Source: Cenarchaeum sp.
Lineage (GTDB): Archaea; Thermoproteota; Nitrososphaeria; Nitrososphaerales; Nitrosopumilaceae
Length of the DNA: 64,000 nucleotides
Assembly: GCA_963693095.2 (NCBI GenBank)
Contig: OY843768.1
Span: forward strand, 192,001-256,000
Direction: 5' to 3'
The notes under the pieces are model-generated. The model did no database searches. It worked only from the letters and a program-made list of their open reading frames with translations, and was not told the origin of the DNA. This document shows positions 38,775-47,827 of this stretch, piece after piece. The position numbers and the translations under genes are program-made. Position 1 is the stretch's first letter. Each line of letters starts with the position of its first letter.

Positions 38775-39074
38775 ATGAGCCAAAACCCGTATCCTGATGA
38801 CGTCGCAGGCAACCCTGCGGGAGACGCTGCGGGCAACGCCGAGACCATCGCGCAAAAGGACGCCGCACTCCGCATGATACTCGATCCCGACGCGCGCTCG
38901 AGGCTCTCCAACATACGCATGGTCCGCCCCGAGCTCGCCGCCGGAGTCGAGAACTATCTGCTCGGCCTCGCCTCGCAGGGGCGCGCGCCCTCGCAGATAA
39001 CTGACTCGCAGCTAAAGCAGATACTAGTCTCAATCCAGCAGCCGCGCCGCGACTTTAAGTTCAGCCGCGTCTGA
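38775..39074 (+). CDS. PDCD5-family DNA-binding protein
   Basis: ILDPDARSRLSNIRMVRPE..VENYL; conserved position after rps19e. Confidence 0.9.
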   Translation: MSQNPYPDDVAGNPAGDAAGNAETIAQKDAALRMILDPDARSRLSNIRMVRPELAAGVENYLLGLASQGRAPSQITDSQLKQILVSIQQPRRDFKFSRV

Positions 39075-39842
39075 TCCGCCCGCGCGCAGCCCGCGCGCAT
39101 AGACGCACTCGGCAGCATTCACTGCGGCCTCGCCGGCCTCGCCTCGCGAGGACGTGAGGCGCACGCCCGAGCCGCGCACTATTGCAATGGGGGTCGACTC
39201 GGAGCCCTCGCCCATCTCGTGGTTTGCCATCGTCGCAATGCTGTCTGCCACGGCGCTCTTTGTGACGGCAAGCGGCCTGCCGCGCAGGTCGAGCCTCCCC
39301 CTGCCGTCGCGGACCGCCTCGATTCCGGCAAACGCGACGGCGACGCCGCACGTGCCGGCCCTCATTGGCATGAGCCGGCTGTCAGAAAGTATGACGCCGA
39401 CGCGCACGCCGAGGCCGAGGAACGCCTTTCGGCGAACGTGCTCGGCGAGCTCGTGCGCGGCATCGGGATACAGTATGATCCTCCCCGCTCCGGCATTCGA
39501 GCTGTCGATTCCGGCGTTTGGGGCCAGGATTCCTCCGGTGACTGCCATGGCAAATCCGGCAACCCCGCCCATGACGTCCTCGGACTCGCGGATGACGGCC
39601 TCGGCGAGGCCTGTCCTCATGCCGAGGCGCCGTGCCAGCGCGCGCGCGGGCTCGGATGCGGCCACGGAGGACTCGAGGATCATGCGGCCCTGCGAGACGG
39701 CGGCGTACTTTGAGGAGACGACGAGGACATCGCCGTCGATGAGCGTCGTGCCCGAGGAGCCTAGCGAGTCGGCTATCTCGGCATAGAGGTCAAAGGGTCC
39801 GGTCTGGACGCGCGCGCGCAGCGCCATCGCCGTGGTGGCCAT
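39030..39842 (-). CDS. cofE: Coenzyme F420-0:L-glutamate ligase
   Basis: DGDVLVVSSK, NAGIDSSN, ILSDS, DLRGRPL, MGEGSESTP. Confidence 0.9.
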   Translation of the reverse strand: MATTAMALRARVQTGPFDLYAEIADSLGSSGTTLIDGDVLVVSSKYAAVSQGRMILESSVAASEPARALARRLGMRTGLAEAVIRESEDVMGGVAGFAMAVTGGILAPNAGIDSSNAGAGRIILYPDAAHELAEHVRRKAFLGLGVRVGVILSDSRLMPMRAGTCGVAVAFAGIEAVRDGRGRLDLRGRPLAVTKSAVADSIATMANHEMGEGSESTPIAIVRGSGVRLTSSRGEAGEAAVNAAECVYARGLRAGGSDAAELKVAARLLD

Positions 39843-39931
39843 GGGAGCAGCCCCATGCGCGGCCGGATTTTACCCTTTTGGGCACTCCCACCACAGGAGG
39901 GCCATTTGGCGACGGGCGTGGCAGGTCAGGA

Positions 39932-40010
39932 TGGTGCTCCCGCCGGGATTTGAACCCGGGATCACTGCCTTGAGAGGGCAGTATGCTTGACCGGACTACA
40001 CCACAGGAGC
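39932..40010 (-). tRNA. tRNA-Glu(CTC), CCA encoded
   Basis: Reverse complement GCTCCTG...CTGCC-CTCTCAA-GGCAG...GTTCAAATC...CGGGAGCACCA. Confidence 0.94.
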
Positions 40011-40061
40011 GTAAGCGTCGGCGCGCTGCGGTCTTAATTTAAATGCCGCGCCGCCTGCGCC

Positions 40062-40994
40062 ATGGCCGCATTGGGAAGCGCACCGGCCGCATGGCTGGCT
40101 GACTGCATCGACTCTGGCGCACCGGCCGCGCTTGGGGGGTGCCGGTGCGGCAAGGAGAGCTTTGGGTGCTGCGAGTACAACGTGACTGTCTTTGACGGGG
40201 GTCATGGGGTCGAGGAGGCAAGCCATGACGGCCAGACGGTGATCATTCGGCACGACTCGGTGACTGACCCGTCATCGGGGACGTTTGCGCACCTGGCCGG
40301 AATGCGCGTCATCGCCGATCCCGAGTGGGAGATAGGGCCGCGCCTCTCGGCAATGGCGGCCAGGCGCGAGTGGGCGTTTCGCCACGCGATGAAGTCGGCC
40401 TTGGTGGATGCGGGAATGATGGCCACCAGGGCACGCGCGTCACTGGGGCGCCATCCCGCAACTGCGCCGTTCTGGCTAAAGTGCGCCGCGTACAGCCTTG
40501 CTGACTCGATATCATATGGCAACATGGTCGAGCCGGGTCCGGCGCACATGATGGCGCGATTTCGCGCAATGCCAAAGTCTGCGACCAACGAGGGCCTCTC
40601 GGCAGTCGGCGAGTGCCTCGGCCTCGAGCGCGCGACGCCCTCGCTTCTTGACAGGATGGCAAAGTCGGCAGCCGGCTTTGCCGGCATGGCAGGCCTCGGC
40701 GAGCTTGCGGTGGCCGCGATGCTCGCAAAGGCGCGCCACCTCGAGTCCGAATCGCTCCTTGCGGACTGTCACTATTACATCGGATATGCGACGTGCTCGG
40801 CCCTGCGCTCGCGCCGCGAGTATGCGCGCGCGCTGCCTGATGCCGAGCTCTATGCGCTAAAGGTCGCCCTGGATCCCGAGGGCAACGCGCAGCGCGTGGA
40901 GAGGCAGATCGGCATGGTCGAGTCGGCCGCCGCAGCGCTCATGGCGCGCGCCCGCGCCGATGCAGCTGAGGATCCAAATCCTGCGCACGCTTAA
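40062..40994 (+). CDS. Hypothetical protein (degenerate nucleotidyltransferase-like N-terminus)
   Basis: 310 aa; LGGCR..CCEYNVTVFD; TTTAAA box upstream. Confidence 0.7.
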   Translation: MAALGSAPAAWLADCIDSGAPAALGGCRCGKESFGCCEYNVTVFDGGHGVEEASHDGQTVIIRHDSVTDPSSGTFAHLAGMRVIADPEWEIGPRLSAMAARREWAFRHAMKSALVDAGMMATRARASLGRHPATAPFWLKCAAYSLADSISYGNMVEPGPAHMMARFRAMPKSATNEGLSAVGECLGLERATPSLLDRMAKSAAGFAGMAGLGELAVAAMLAKARHLESESLLADCHYYIGYATCSALRSRREYARALPDAELYALKVALDPEGNAQRVERQIGMVESAAAALMARARADAAEDPNPAHA

Positions 40995-41069
40995 CAATGT
41001 TTGAGATTTTCTTATTAACTATGGCCATGTTCTAAACCTTTAAAATCCAGCCCATTGCGCGGGGCGCGC

Positions 41070-41213
41070 ATGACGGATCAAGCCTGCGGCTGCGAGGCCG
41101 ATAGCGGAGACCCAGACTACCAGTGCGACTGCGAGATGCAGGGGCACTGCATATGCAGCGCGGACTGTGGCTGCAACACAAAGACCTGCAAGGAAGCAGT
41201 GTCCTCTCTCTAG
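41070..41213 (+). CDS. Metallothionein-like microprotein (47 aa, 9 Cys)
   Basis: MTDQACGCEADSGDPDYQCDCEMQGHCICSADCGCNTKTCKEAVSSL; TTTTAAAA box ~25 nt upstream; below the ORF-track cutoff. Confidence 0.75.
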   Translation: MTDQACGCEADSGDPDYQCDCEMQGHCICSADCGCNTKTCKEAVSSL

Positions 41214-41235
41214 GGGGCACGCTTCCACTTTTTGT

Positions 41236-41400
41236 CTATTCGTCAGGCGCATAGCCCCACGACTTTACTAGCTCCTTTTGGAACTGGTCTGCCTGCTTGG
41301 CGCCAAGCGCGCTTCCGCAGTTCTTGTGCGTGGGGACTACCACCATTCCGGCGAGCTTGAACTCGACTTCGTACATGTGGACCTTGGGGCACTCGCACAC
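41236..41400 (-). CDS. Small hypothetical protein (CxC...HxxC)
   Basis: GTG start, (M)CECPKVHMYEVEFK..PTHKNCG; shares AT-rich divergent promoter ATTAATATTTAAT. Confidence 0.6.
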   Translation of the reverse strand: MCECPKVHMYEVEFKLAGMVVVPTHKNCGSALGAKQADQFQKELVKSWGYAPDE

Positions 41401-41455
41401 GATGCGCGCGCGCAGGGCAGCTCCATTAATATTTAATCGCCCCCACGCCTGCCTC

Positions 41456-42937
41456 ATGGTGGCCATGAATGCAGTCCTCCTCGCCTCACTGGCGGCGATC
41501 GCCTCGCTGGCCGCAGCCGCCTCGATCCCCGATGCGGCCGCACAGGCCCAGATCGGAGGCGTGAGCGTCGAGGGCGAGTGGTACGTCGGCGAGGGCCTCG
41601 GCGTCGGGGACTATTTCTCGTATAGCATGTGCCACACGGGATACAAGGAGTGCAAGGAGTTTCAAATTGACTTTTGGATAGAGGCCGACAGGCGCGTGAA
41701 CAACGAGAGCAAGTGGATAGCGCAGACTGTCGTGTATGACGGGACCAGGGTGTCAAAGGGCACGATGGAGCTCGGCAAGGTGGCGCCCGAGCCGACGGGC
41801 GGCTCGATCGACCTAGAGTACCGCAGCGCGTTCAAGTCATCAATCGTGTGGCTCTCGGCGTTTGCGACATCATATGGCGGCAGCGGCGGCGAGGGCCCAA
41901 AGAGGTTCGACGCGCCGGCGTGGGGCAAGATTGCCAACATTGGCGGCGAGCAGATACTCCCAAAGTCAGTGGAGCGAGTAAAGGTCAAGGGCGGCACGTT
42001 TGAAGAGTCAGTCATCGTGTCATGGCGGACCGGCGGCGCCGAGAGCAGGGTCTGGCTAGTCGACGAGTTTCCGTTCCCCGTAAAGGCGCACACGTGGGTT
42101 CACGTGTCCGAGGGAATACCGCCACAAGAGTACGCCTTTGAGCTCCTGGAATACGGCACAAGAGATTCCAACCCATATGCTGACGTTCTTGCAGTCGACG
42201 ATGCGGCAGCAGCCGAGTGGTGCCCCGAGACGCGTGAGCTTGTGCCAACAAAGCGCGCAACTGCAGGGGGCAAGTATCTCATCAACGTGCTCCACGGGCC
42301 AGAGATGCCCGTGGCCGGATGCGACATGACGCTCCTTGTCAGCTTTCACAGCAAGTATGACGAGACCGAGTTCCTAAACCAGGTCCAGTATGACATACTC
42401 GTGACTGACTCGTCTGACAGTGTAATTCACACGGTCTCTGAGGCCGAGGGTTCGAGAATTCTGTTCTCGGGCTCGGGCCAGACGCGCAACGACGAGACGT
42501 GGGTGCCTAACACGGCCGGCGAGTACACGTACGCCATAGTCATCCATGGCCTCGCCCCGCTCAACACGGTCACGCGCGCCGACGAGCTAGACGTGCTTCG
42601 CGTGCCGGTGACCGTGGTCGCCGCCGATCGCGGGCAGGTGCTGCCAGTCACGCCGCCGGCCGCCGCGGCGACGGTCCCGTCGTGGATAAAGCAGACGGCC
42701 GGATTCTGGGTTGACGGGCACACCGGCGATGCCGAGTTCGTCGCGGCGATCGAGTTCCTCATCTCCCGCGGCGTCATTGACGTCGGCCCGCAGGGCACGC
42801 CGGCGGGCAGCGGCGGGTCGGTCCCGTCGTGGATAAAGCAGACGGCCGGATTCTGGGTTGGCGGGCACACCGGCGATGCCGAGTTCGTCGCGGCGATCGA
42901 GTTCCTCGTGGGCCGTGGGGTCATCTCGGTCAGCTAG
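41456..42937 (+). CDS. Secreted protein with two C-terminal thaumarchaeal PSWIK..AGFW repeats
   Basis: Signal peptide; VPSWIKQTAGFWV.GHTGDAEFVAAIEFL twice. Confidence 0.82.
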   Translation: MVAMNAVLLASLAAIASLAAAASIPDAAAQAQIGGVSVEGEWYVGEGLGVGDYFSYSMCHTGYKECKEFQIDFWIEADRRVNNESKWIAQTVVYDGTRVSKGTMELGKVAPEPTGGSIDLEYRSAFKSSIVWLSAFATSYGGSGGEGPKRFDAPAWGKIANIGGEQILPKSVERVKVKGGTFEESVIVSWRTGGAESRVWLVDEFPFPVKAHTWVHVSEGIPPQEYAFELLEYGTRDSNPYADVLAVDDAAAAEWCPETRELVPTKRATAGGKYLINVLHGPEMPVAGCDMTLLVSFHSKYDETEFLNQVQYDILVTDSSDSVIHTVSEAEGSRILFSGSGQTRNDETWVPNTAGEYTYAIVIHGLAPLNTVTRADELDVLRVPVTVVAADRGQVLPVTPPAAAATVPSWIKQTAGFWVDGHTGDAEFVAAIEFLISRGVIDVGPQGTPAGSGGSVPSWIKQTAGFWVGGHTGDAEFVAAIEFLVGRGVISVS

Positions 42938-42992
42938 CGCACGCGCGTGCCCGCGCTATCCTTAAAATCAGGAGCCTGCGCGCGAGACGCCG

Positions 42993-43349
42993 ATGGTGAG
43001 CCTCTTTAGATACCCAAAGCGCAAGCTGCGCAAGCTGCTCAACGCCGGCGACTATGCCGAGGCGCTAGAGTACGGCAGGTCACTGGAGCCAAAGCACTCT
43101 GGCGATCCGGACTTCTTGTTCATCATGGGCAGCGCGCACTATGTGCTCGGTGATGCCAAGGAGTCAACGCGCTACTTTGAGCGGGCCATCGAGATAAACC
43201 CGTACGATGCCGACTCTATGCTGCTCCTTGCGCGACTCTGTGCGCACGCCGGCAATGCCGCTGAGGCGCGCCGGCTCTGCAAGCGCGTATTGGACGTGGA
43301 TGACGAGCGCGCCGATGCGCGCGAGCTCCTCGACGGCCTGCCCGAGTAG
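42993..43349 (+). CDS. TPR-repeat protein
   Basis: YFERAIEINP and related TPR consensus. Confidence 0.85.
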   Translation: MVSLFRYPKRKLRKLLNAGDYAEALEYGRSLEPKHSGDPDFLFIMGSAHYVLGDAKESTRYFERAIEINPYDADSMLLLARLCAHAGNAAEARRLCKRVLDVDDERADARELLDGLPE

Positions 43350-43352
43350 GGC

Positions 43353-43823
43353 CTACTCGCGCCCATAGACGTGGCGCATGAGCCACTCACAGTACGACGT
43401 CACAGCCGGCGTGAGCTCACACCAGACGTGGAGCGAGTGCGGTAGTATGTCGATTCGGCCACCGTCATGGAACACCTTGACGCCCTCCTTTCCCTCGTAC
43501 ATGTACGCGTCCTCGGTCCGCGCCCCGTGTATGTGCCGCACGGCCTCCTCCTTTACCTTTGCGCGCGGTATGGGAAAGCGCGTCCTCTCCCTGTCCACAA
43601 TTACGCTCAGGTCGCGCCTTCCGTACATAGAGTACTCGGAGATCTTGTCGCGTCCGGGAAAGTTGACGACTAGCCTCACGCCGTGCCTCTTGCCCACACC
43701 CTCGCCAATCTCGACGATTCGGGCGTATGCCATGGCCGGATTGCGCAAGAGCAGGAGGCGAACCTGCGCCATGTCCGAGGCGAGGGCGCGCTGCAGGTCT
43801 GTGGCCATGCCGGCAAATCCCAT
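43353..43823 (-). CDS. Hypothetical protein
   Basis: Gene-like ORF (DAYMYEGKEG..RIDILPHSLHVWC). Confidence 0.7.
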   Translation of the reverse strand: MGFAGMATDLQRALASDMAQVRLLLLRNPAMAYARIVEIGEGVGKRHGVRLVVNFPGRDKISEYSMYGRRDLSVIVDRERTRFPIPRAKVKEEAVRHIHGARTEDAYMYEGKEGVKVFHDGGRIDILPHSLHVWCELTPAVTSYCEWLMRHVYGRE

Positions 43824-43901
43824 ACGCGCGCGCGTGCCGCACTGCCGAGTTATATTCATGGCGTAGTGTTTTTTATGTGCCCCGCGCACGCCGCAGCGCA
43901 G

Positions 43902-44543
43902 ATGGCGCTTCCTATGGCCGGTCAGGGCGGATATGGCGACGAGTTCTCCGAGCGCGCAAGCAGCCTAGAGGACTACAAGGTGACGTGCATACGGTTCGTG
44001 CGCGACATATCGACTGACTATCTTGCGTGGGTGGACCGCTATGCGCTAGAGTCCGCCGAGGACGCGCTCCGGCGCGAGGGCATAACGTCAGTTGTGGGCA
44101 GGGCCGATGAGTGGATATCGCGCGTTGCGCGCTCGATAAAGGGCGTCGACGTTGTCATGAACGACGCGATCCAAAAGATGGCCGAGGCCACTGCGGGCAG
44201 GCCGTTTCCCATAGACGTCACAGTCGGAGGACTCTCCGCATACACGCGCGCAAGGCCGGGTCCGGTGGACATACGCCTCAGGGCGAGTGCGCGAGACGGG
44301 CGCACGGCACTCCTGGGCCACCACTCGCGCGATGAGCGGTTTCGGATCGAGTCGACGTTTCCGGCCTCCATTGACGAGGGGGGCATCGAGGGGACGCCAG
44401 ATGCGGCAGACCTTGCGCTTCGCCTCGACGCGTCATCCTCGGCGCATGATGACGTCGTCTCCTTTACCGTCATTGTGCGAGAGACTGACGGCAATGTCGA
44501 GACAGAGAGGCGCGGCGTGAGCACCATAGTCCATATCAGCTAG
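43902..44543 (+). CDS. Hypothetical protein
   Basis: Gene-like ORF; TTTTAT box upstream; start uncertain. Confidence 0.65.
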   Translation: MALPMAGQGGYGDEFSERASSLEDYKVTCIRFVRDISTDYLAWVDRYALESAEDALRREGITSVVGRADEWISRVARSIKGVDVVMNDAIQKMAEATAGRPFPIDVTVGGLSAYTRARPGPVDIRLRASARDGRTALLGHHSRDERFRIESTFPASIDEGGIEGTPDAADLALRLDASSSAHDDVVSFTVIVRETDGNVETERRGVSTIVHIS

Positions 44544-44652
44544 TGCGGCCACGCGCCGGTCAAGTAATTTTGCGCACAAGGCTGAAAACAATAACACTCT
44601 TGCTCATAAGCGCACATTCGGATGCGTGCGCATGGCAGCAAGGCTGGCAGGC

Positions 44653-45084
44653 ATGCCCAAGAACGTGACGACCACGCGTGACTTTACCGGACGCCGCGTC
44701 GTTGACAGGGAGGGCATCGAGTACGGGCGCGTCAGGCGCGTCCACATCGACGAGGACACGCTCGGCGTGGCCGGCATGACGGTCAGCTATGGATTTCTCA
44801 AAAAATACTATCTCCCGCGCTCTAGCGTGTCGCGGATCACAGACGAGAGCGTCCTTCTCACGACCCCGCCGATCCGCACCGGAGTCAGGGTCGATGATGT
44901 CGACGGCCACAAGATTGGCCGCGTGCGCCGCGTCAACCGCAACACCGAGACTGGTGATGTCGAGTCGATCCTGGTGTCACATGGCATGTTTAGATCAAAG
45001 GTAGTATCGCTTGCCTCGATATGGGGCGTCGGCAAGGCCGTCACGCTAAAGATGACGCGCTCCGAGTTCGCCTCGCGCTCCTAG
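44653..45084 (+). CDS. Tandem PRC-barrel domain protein
   Basis: GRRVVDREG..YGRV and GVRVDDVDGHKIGRV. Confidence 0.85.
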   Translation: MPKNVTTTRDFTGRRVVDREGIEYGRVRRVHIDEDTLGVAGMTVSYGFLKKYYLPRSSVSRITDESVLLTTPPIRTGVRVDDVDGHKIGRVRRVNRNTETGDVESILVSHGMFRSKVVSLASIWGVGKAVTLKMTRSEFASRS

Positions 45085-45188
45085 CGCTCCCTTGCCCTTG
45101 CCTCTAGGCACGTGCGGCATATGGTCATCGCGCCATCCATGGTGACCTCGACGTTTGAGGCAAGGCACTTGTCGCACAGGCCCTTCAT
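45081..45188 (-). CDS. 35-aa zinc-finger microprotein
   Basis: MKGLCDKCLASNVEVTMDGAMTICRTCLEARARER; TTTTAT box ~25 nt upstream; CTAG stop overlap with the PRC gene. Confidence 0.65.
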   Translation of the reverse strand: MKGLCDKCLASNVEVTMDGAMTICRTCLEARARER

Positions 45189-45238
45189 GGGCGCGCGCGC
45201 GACCCTGCTGCGATAAAACGGTTTGTGGGGGCGCCCCG

Positions 45239-45566
45239 GTATGGGGTCAGCACCCCTCGGCTCATTTGGTCAAATAGGCGCGATCCTACCGATCCATTTG
45301 CCGCGGGGGGCGTGGCCAGGCTCCGCCGCACCGCGCCGCAGATGTTCGCGTTCTGCGAGCACGCCGGCGTCGCGCCCACGAACAACGCCGCCGAGAGGGA
45401 GCTGCGCGACGTGGTTGTGCGCCGCAAGGTGAGCGGCCAGCTCAAGGGGGGCGCGCCGGCTGCCAGGCGCATGTCTATCCTCCTGACGTGCTTCCTGACG
45501 TGGAGGGCCATTGGGAAGAGTGTGGTGGCCGAGGTCATGCGTGCGGTCTAGGTGCTGACCTCATAC
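45239..45566 (+). mobile_element. Internally deleted IS66 (ISBst12-like) with transposase C-terminal stub
   Basis: TIR GTATG(G/A)GGTCAGCACC at both ends; PTNNAAERELRDVVVRRKVSG is the IS66 transposase signature; stop codon abuts the right TIR. Confidence 0.88.
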
Positions 45567-45615
45567 CGCCATGCCCACGATATATTTATAAAAGCGGCAA
45601 GTCCCCAGGCTACTG

Positions 45616-45711
45616 ATGAGCGAGAGTGAGGCTGATGACAAGGTCAAGCCTACCAAGTCAAAGAAAAAGTACGAGGTTCCAGAATTTGGCGGCCTCATAC
45701 GCGACAATTGA
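45616..45711 (+). CDS. 31-aa leader peptide ORF
   Basis: MSESEADDKVKPTKSKKKYEVPEFGGLIRDN, directly after the TTTATAAA box. Confidence 0.45.
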   Translation: MSESEADDKVKPTKSKKKYEVPEFGGLIRDN

Positions 45712-45747
45712 GTCGGGATTTCCGCGGGGCGCTCCGGAGGTGCCCAG

Positions 45748-46317
45748 TTGAACTCCAGGAACGCCTATCATGAGCTAAGGGAGCAGATTCGCGACCACGA
45801 CACGGTTTTGGGTTATCAGAAGGCAAGGGCACGGGCGCTGCTCGGAGCCAGCGCCGTGCTTCTCGGGATTATGGGCATCAGCCTAGGCAACTTTGCCGGA
45901 TTTGTCCTTGGGAATTATGGTGTTGTGGGAGAGGCTGGAATGTTCCCAATTTATGCAATAGTCACCACAATTATGCTCGGCATGGCGGGACTTGCGGGGG
46001 CGATGATATCGATGATCTTTTCTGCGCGTGCGCTAGCTGTATCATACACACACCAGCCCATGGCGTCTGAAAATTTTGGAACAGGCGGCAACGTGGACGA
46101 CAAGATTTTAGATCGCGTGATGGAGGCGCCCGATCATTATGTATACGTGAGCCTAATCAAGTCTTGCATCAGGGCACTGCACAGCCGTGAGCAAAACATA
46201 GCCAGAGTCGGGGCGCGCTCGGCGGTGGCACAACTGAGCCTCCTGTCCGGACTGATGCTTGCCGGCATTGGCGCCATAGTTGCGCTCTCTGTGATTGCTC
46301 TGGCGTTCCTGCTCTAG
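45748..46317 (+). CDS. Hypothetical membrane protein (3 TM), cargo between IS66-derived elements
   Basis: Shine-Dalgarno GGAGGTG before TTG; hydrophobic helices; AT-richer DNA. Confidence 0.75.
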   Translation: MNSRNAYHELREQIRDHDTVLGYQKARARALLGASAVLLGIMGISLGNFAGFVLGNYGVVGEAGMFPIYAIVTTIMLGMAGLAGAMISMIFSARALAVSYTHQPMASENFGTGGNVDDKILDRVMEAPDHYVYVSLIKSCIRALHSREQNIARVGARSAVAQLSLLSGLMLAGIGAIVALSVIALAFLL

Positions 46318-46537
46318 GGAGCCCCGCGGGATCCGCGACCGCCGACCTTGCCGTCTCGTCACGTCTGTTCACCTGTGACCACCCAGTCCGTGGCAGTCAT
46401 GCCGTGCGAGCGTGCCACGACCGCCTCGGACACAGGATCGCTCCCCGCAGCCATCGCCCAATCGTTCTGCGCGCATTTCAGGCCGACTCTCAGGAAGCCA
46501 TTTTGGTCCCGGCCTCGCGCAGGTGACCAACCACCGG

Positions 46538-46650
46538 CTATGAGGTCAGCACCCTCCTGCTCATTTGGCCAAATAGGCGTGATCCTGTCGATCTACGTGC
46601 CGCTTCGGCACCTGTCTAGGCATGAACGGGCAGAGGTGCTGACCTCATAC
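46538..46650 (+). mobile_element. Intact ~113-bp IS66-derived MITE
   Basis: TATGAGGTCAGCACC...GGTGCTGACCTCATA perfect 15-bp TIR; left interior matches 45239-45300. Confidence 0.9.
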
Positions 46651-46831
46651 GGCGCCCTGCAGTCGCGTGTGGGCTCACCGGCCGGTGGGGTCACGCCATC
46701 AGGCGATTCGAACCACGTGGCCTTGCAGGGCTGTCTCGGGGCACGAGGGGAACCCTTGGGGAGTCTAGGGCACATGTTAGACTGCCGATGAGCACAATCG
46801 GTTTATAATCACGCAATGCGCGCGCACGCCC

Positions 46832-47827
46832 GTGCTGGCAATTCAGACAGAGTCGCTCGTAAAGACGTACGGCAGCTCCAATGCCGTCGACAACATCAGC
46901 ATAGGCGTCGAGGAGGGCGAGATATTTGGCTTTCTGGGCACAAACGGGGCCGGCAAGTCGACTACGATGATGATCCTCACGACGCTCCTAAAGCCCACAT
47001 CGGGCCGCGCAAGCGTCGTGGGCCATGACGTTGTGGACAGCCCAAAGGAGGTCCGGCGCAACATCGGCTATGTGCAGCAGGACACGGCAGTCGACGAGTT
47101 CCTCACGGGCCGCGACAACCTTGTCCTGCAGGCCCGCCTCAACCGCCTGCCGGCTGACGTGCGCAACTCGCGCATAGACGAGATACTAGAGATGATCGAG
47201 CTCGGCGAGCGCGCCGATGACGCGACGGTAAAGTATTCTGGCGGCATGAGAAAGCGCCTCGACATAGCCGGCGGCCTCCTCCACATGCCGCGTGTCCTCT
47301 TTCTTGACGAGCCGACTGTGGGCCTTGACATACAGACGCGGCGCAAGATATGGGAGTACATCAAGCGCGTCCATGACGAGTATGGCATGACGATATTCCT
47401 GACGACGCACTATATGGAGGAGGCCGACAGCCTGTGCGACAGGGTCGGCATAATCGACCGCGGGCGCATAAGGACGGTGGACTCGCCGTCGTCACTAAAG
47501 TCTGCCATGGGCAGCGAGGTCATCACGATGCGCGTCGAGGGCAACGCCGAGGCGCTCGTCTCCTCGATACACGCGCTGCCCGGCATACGCGAGATGTCGC
47601 GCGACGGCGAGGAGATCACCGTCTACACGTATGACGGGACATCGGTAATACCAAAGATATTTCGCGAGTCAGCTGACGTTGGCGCGAGGATTGGATCAAT
47701 ATCGCTAAAGCAGCCGACGCTCGATGACGTGTTCATATCATATACCGGCCACGAGCTGCGCGACGGCGAGGAGGCCGGCTTTGACAGAAAAAAGGCGTAC
47801 AGAAAGACGCGGGAGCTGCGCACATAA
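46832..47827 (+). CDS. ABC-2/DrrA-type exporter ATP-binding protein
   Basis: GTNGAGKST, YSGGMRKR, FLDEPTVGLD, TTHYMEEA, PTLDDVF. Confidence 0.92.
   Translation: MLAIQTESLVKTYGSSNAVDNISIGVEEGEIFGFLGTNGAGKSTTMMILTTLLKPTSGRASVVGHDVVDSPKEVRRNIGYVQQDTAVDEFLTGRDNLVLQARLNRLPADVRNSRIDEILEMIELGERADDATVKYSGGMRKRLDIAGGLLHMPRVLFLDEPTVGLDIQTRRKIWEYIKRVHDEYGMTIFLTTHYMEEADSLCDRVGIIDRGRIRTVDSPSSLKSAMGSEVITMRVEGNAEALVSSIHALPGIREMSRDGEEITVYTYDGTSVIPKIFRESADVGARIGSISLKQPTLDDVFISYTGHELRDGEEAGFDRKKAYRKTRELRT

Noticed and set aside
14761-45084. Convergent genes sharing CTAG stop overlaps (14761, 24367, 45081)
   Set aside because: Expected in a compact genome that favours TAG stops; not evidence of a system.
45709-45711. 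Selenocysteine or programmed readthrough at an in-frame TGA
   Set aside because: A strong SD precedes the downstream TTG and there is no redox-motif context.
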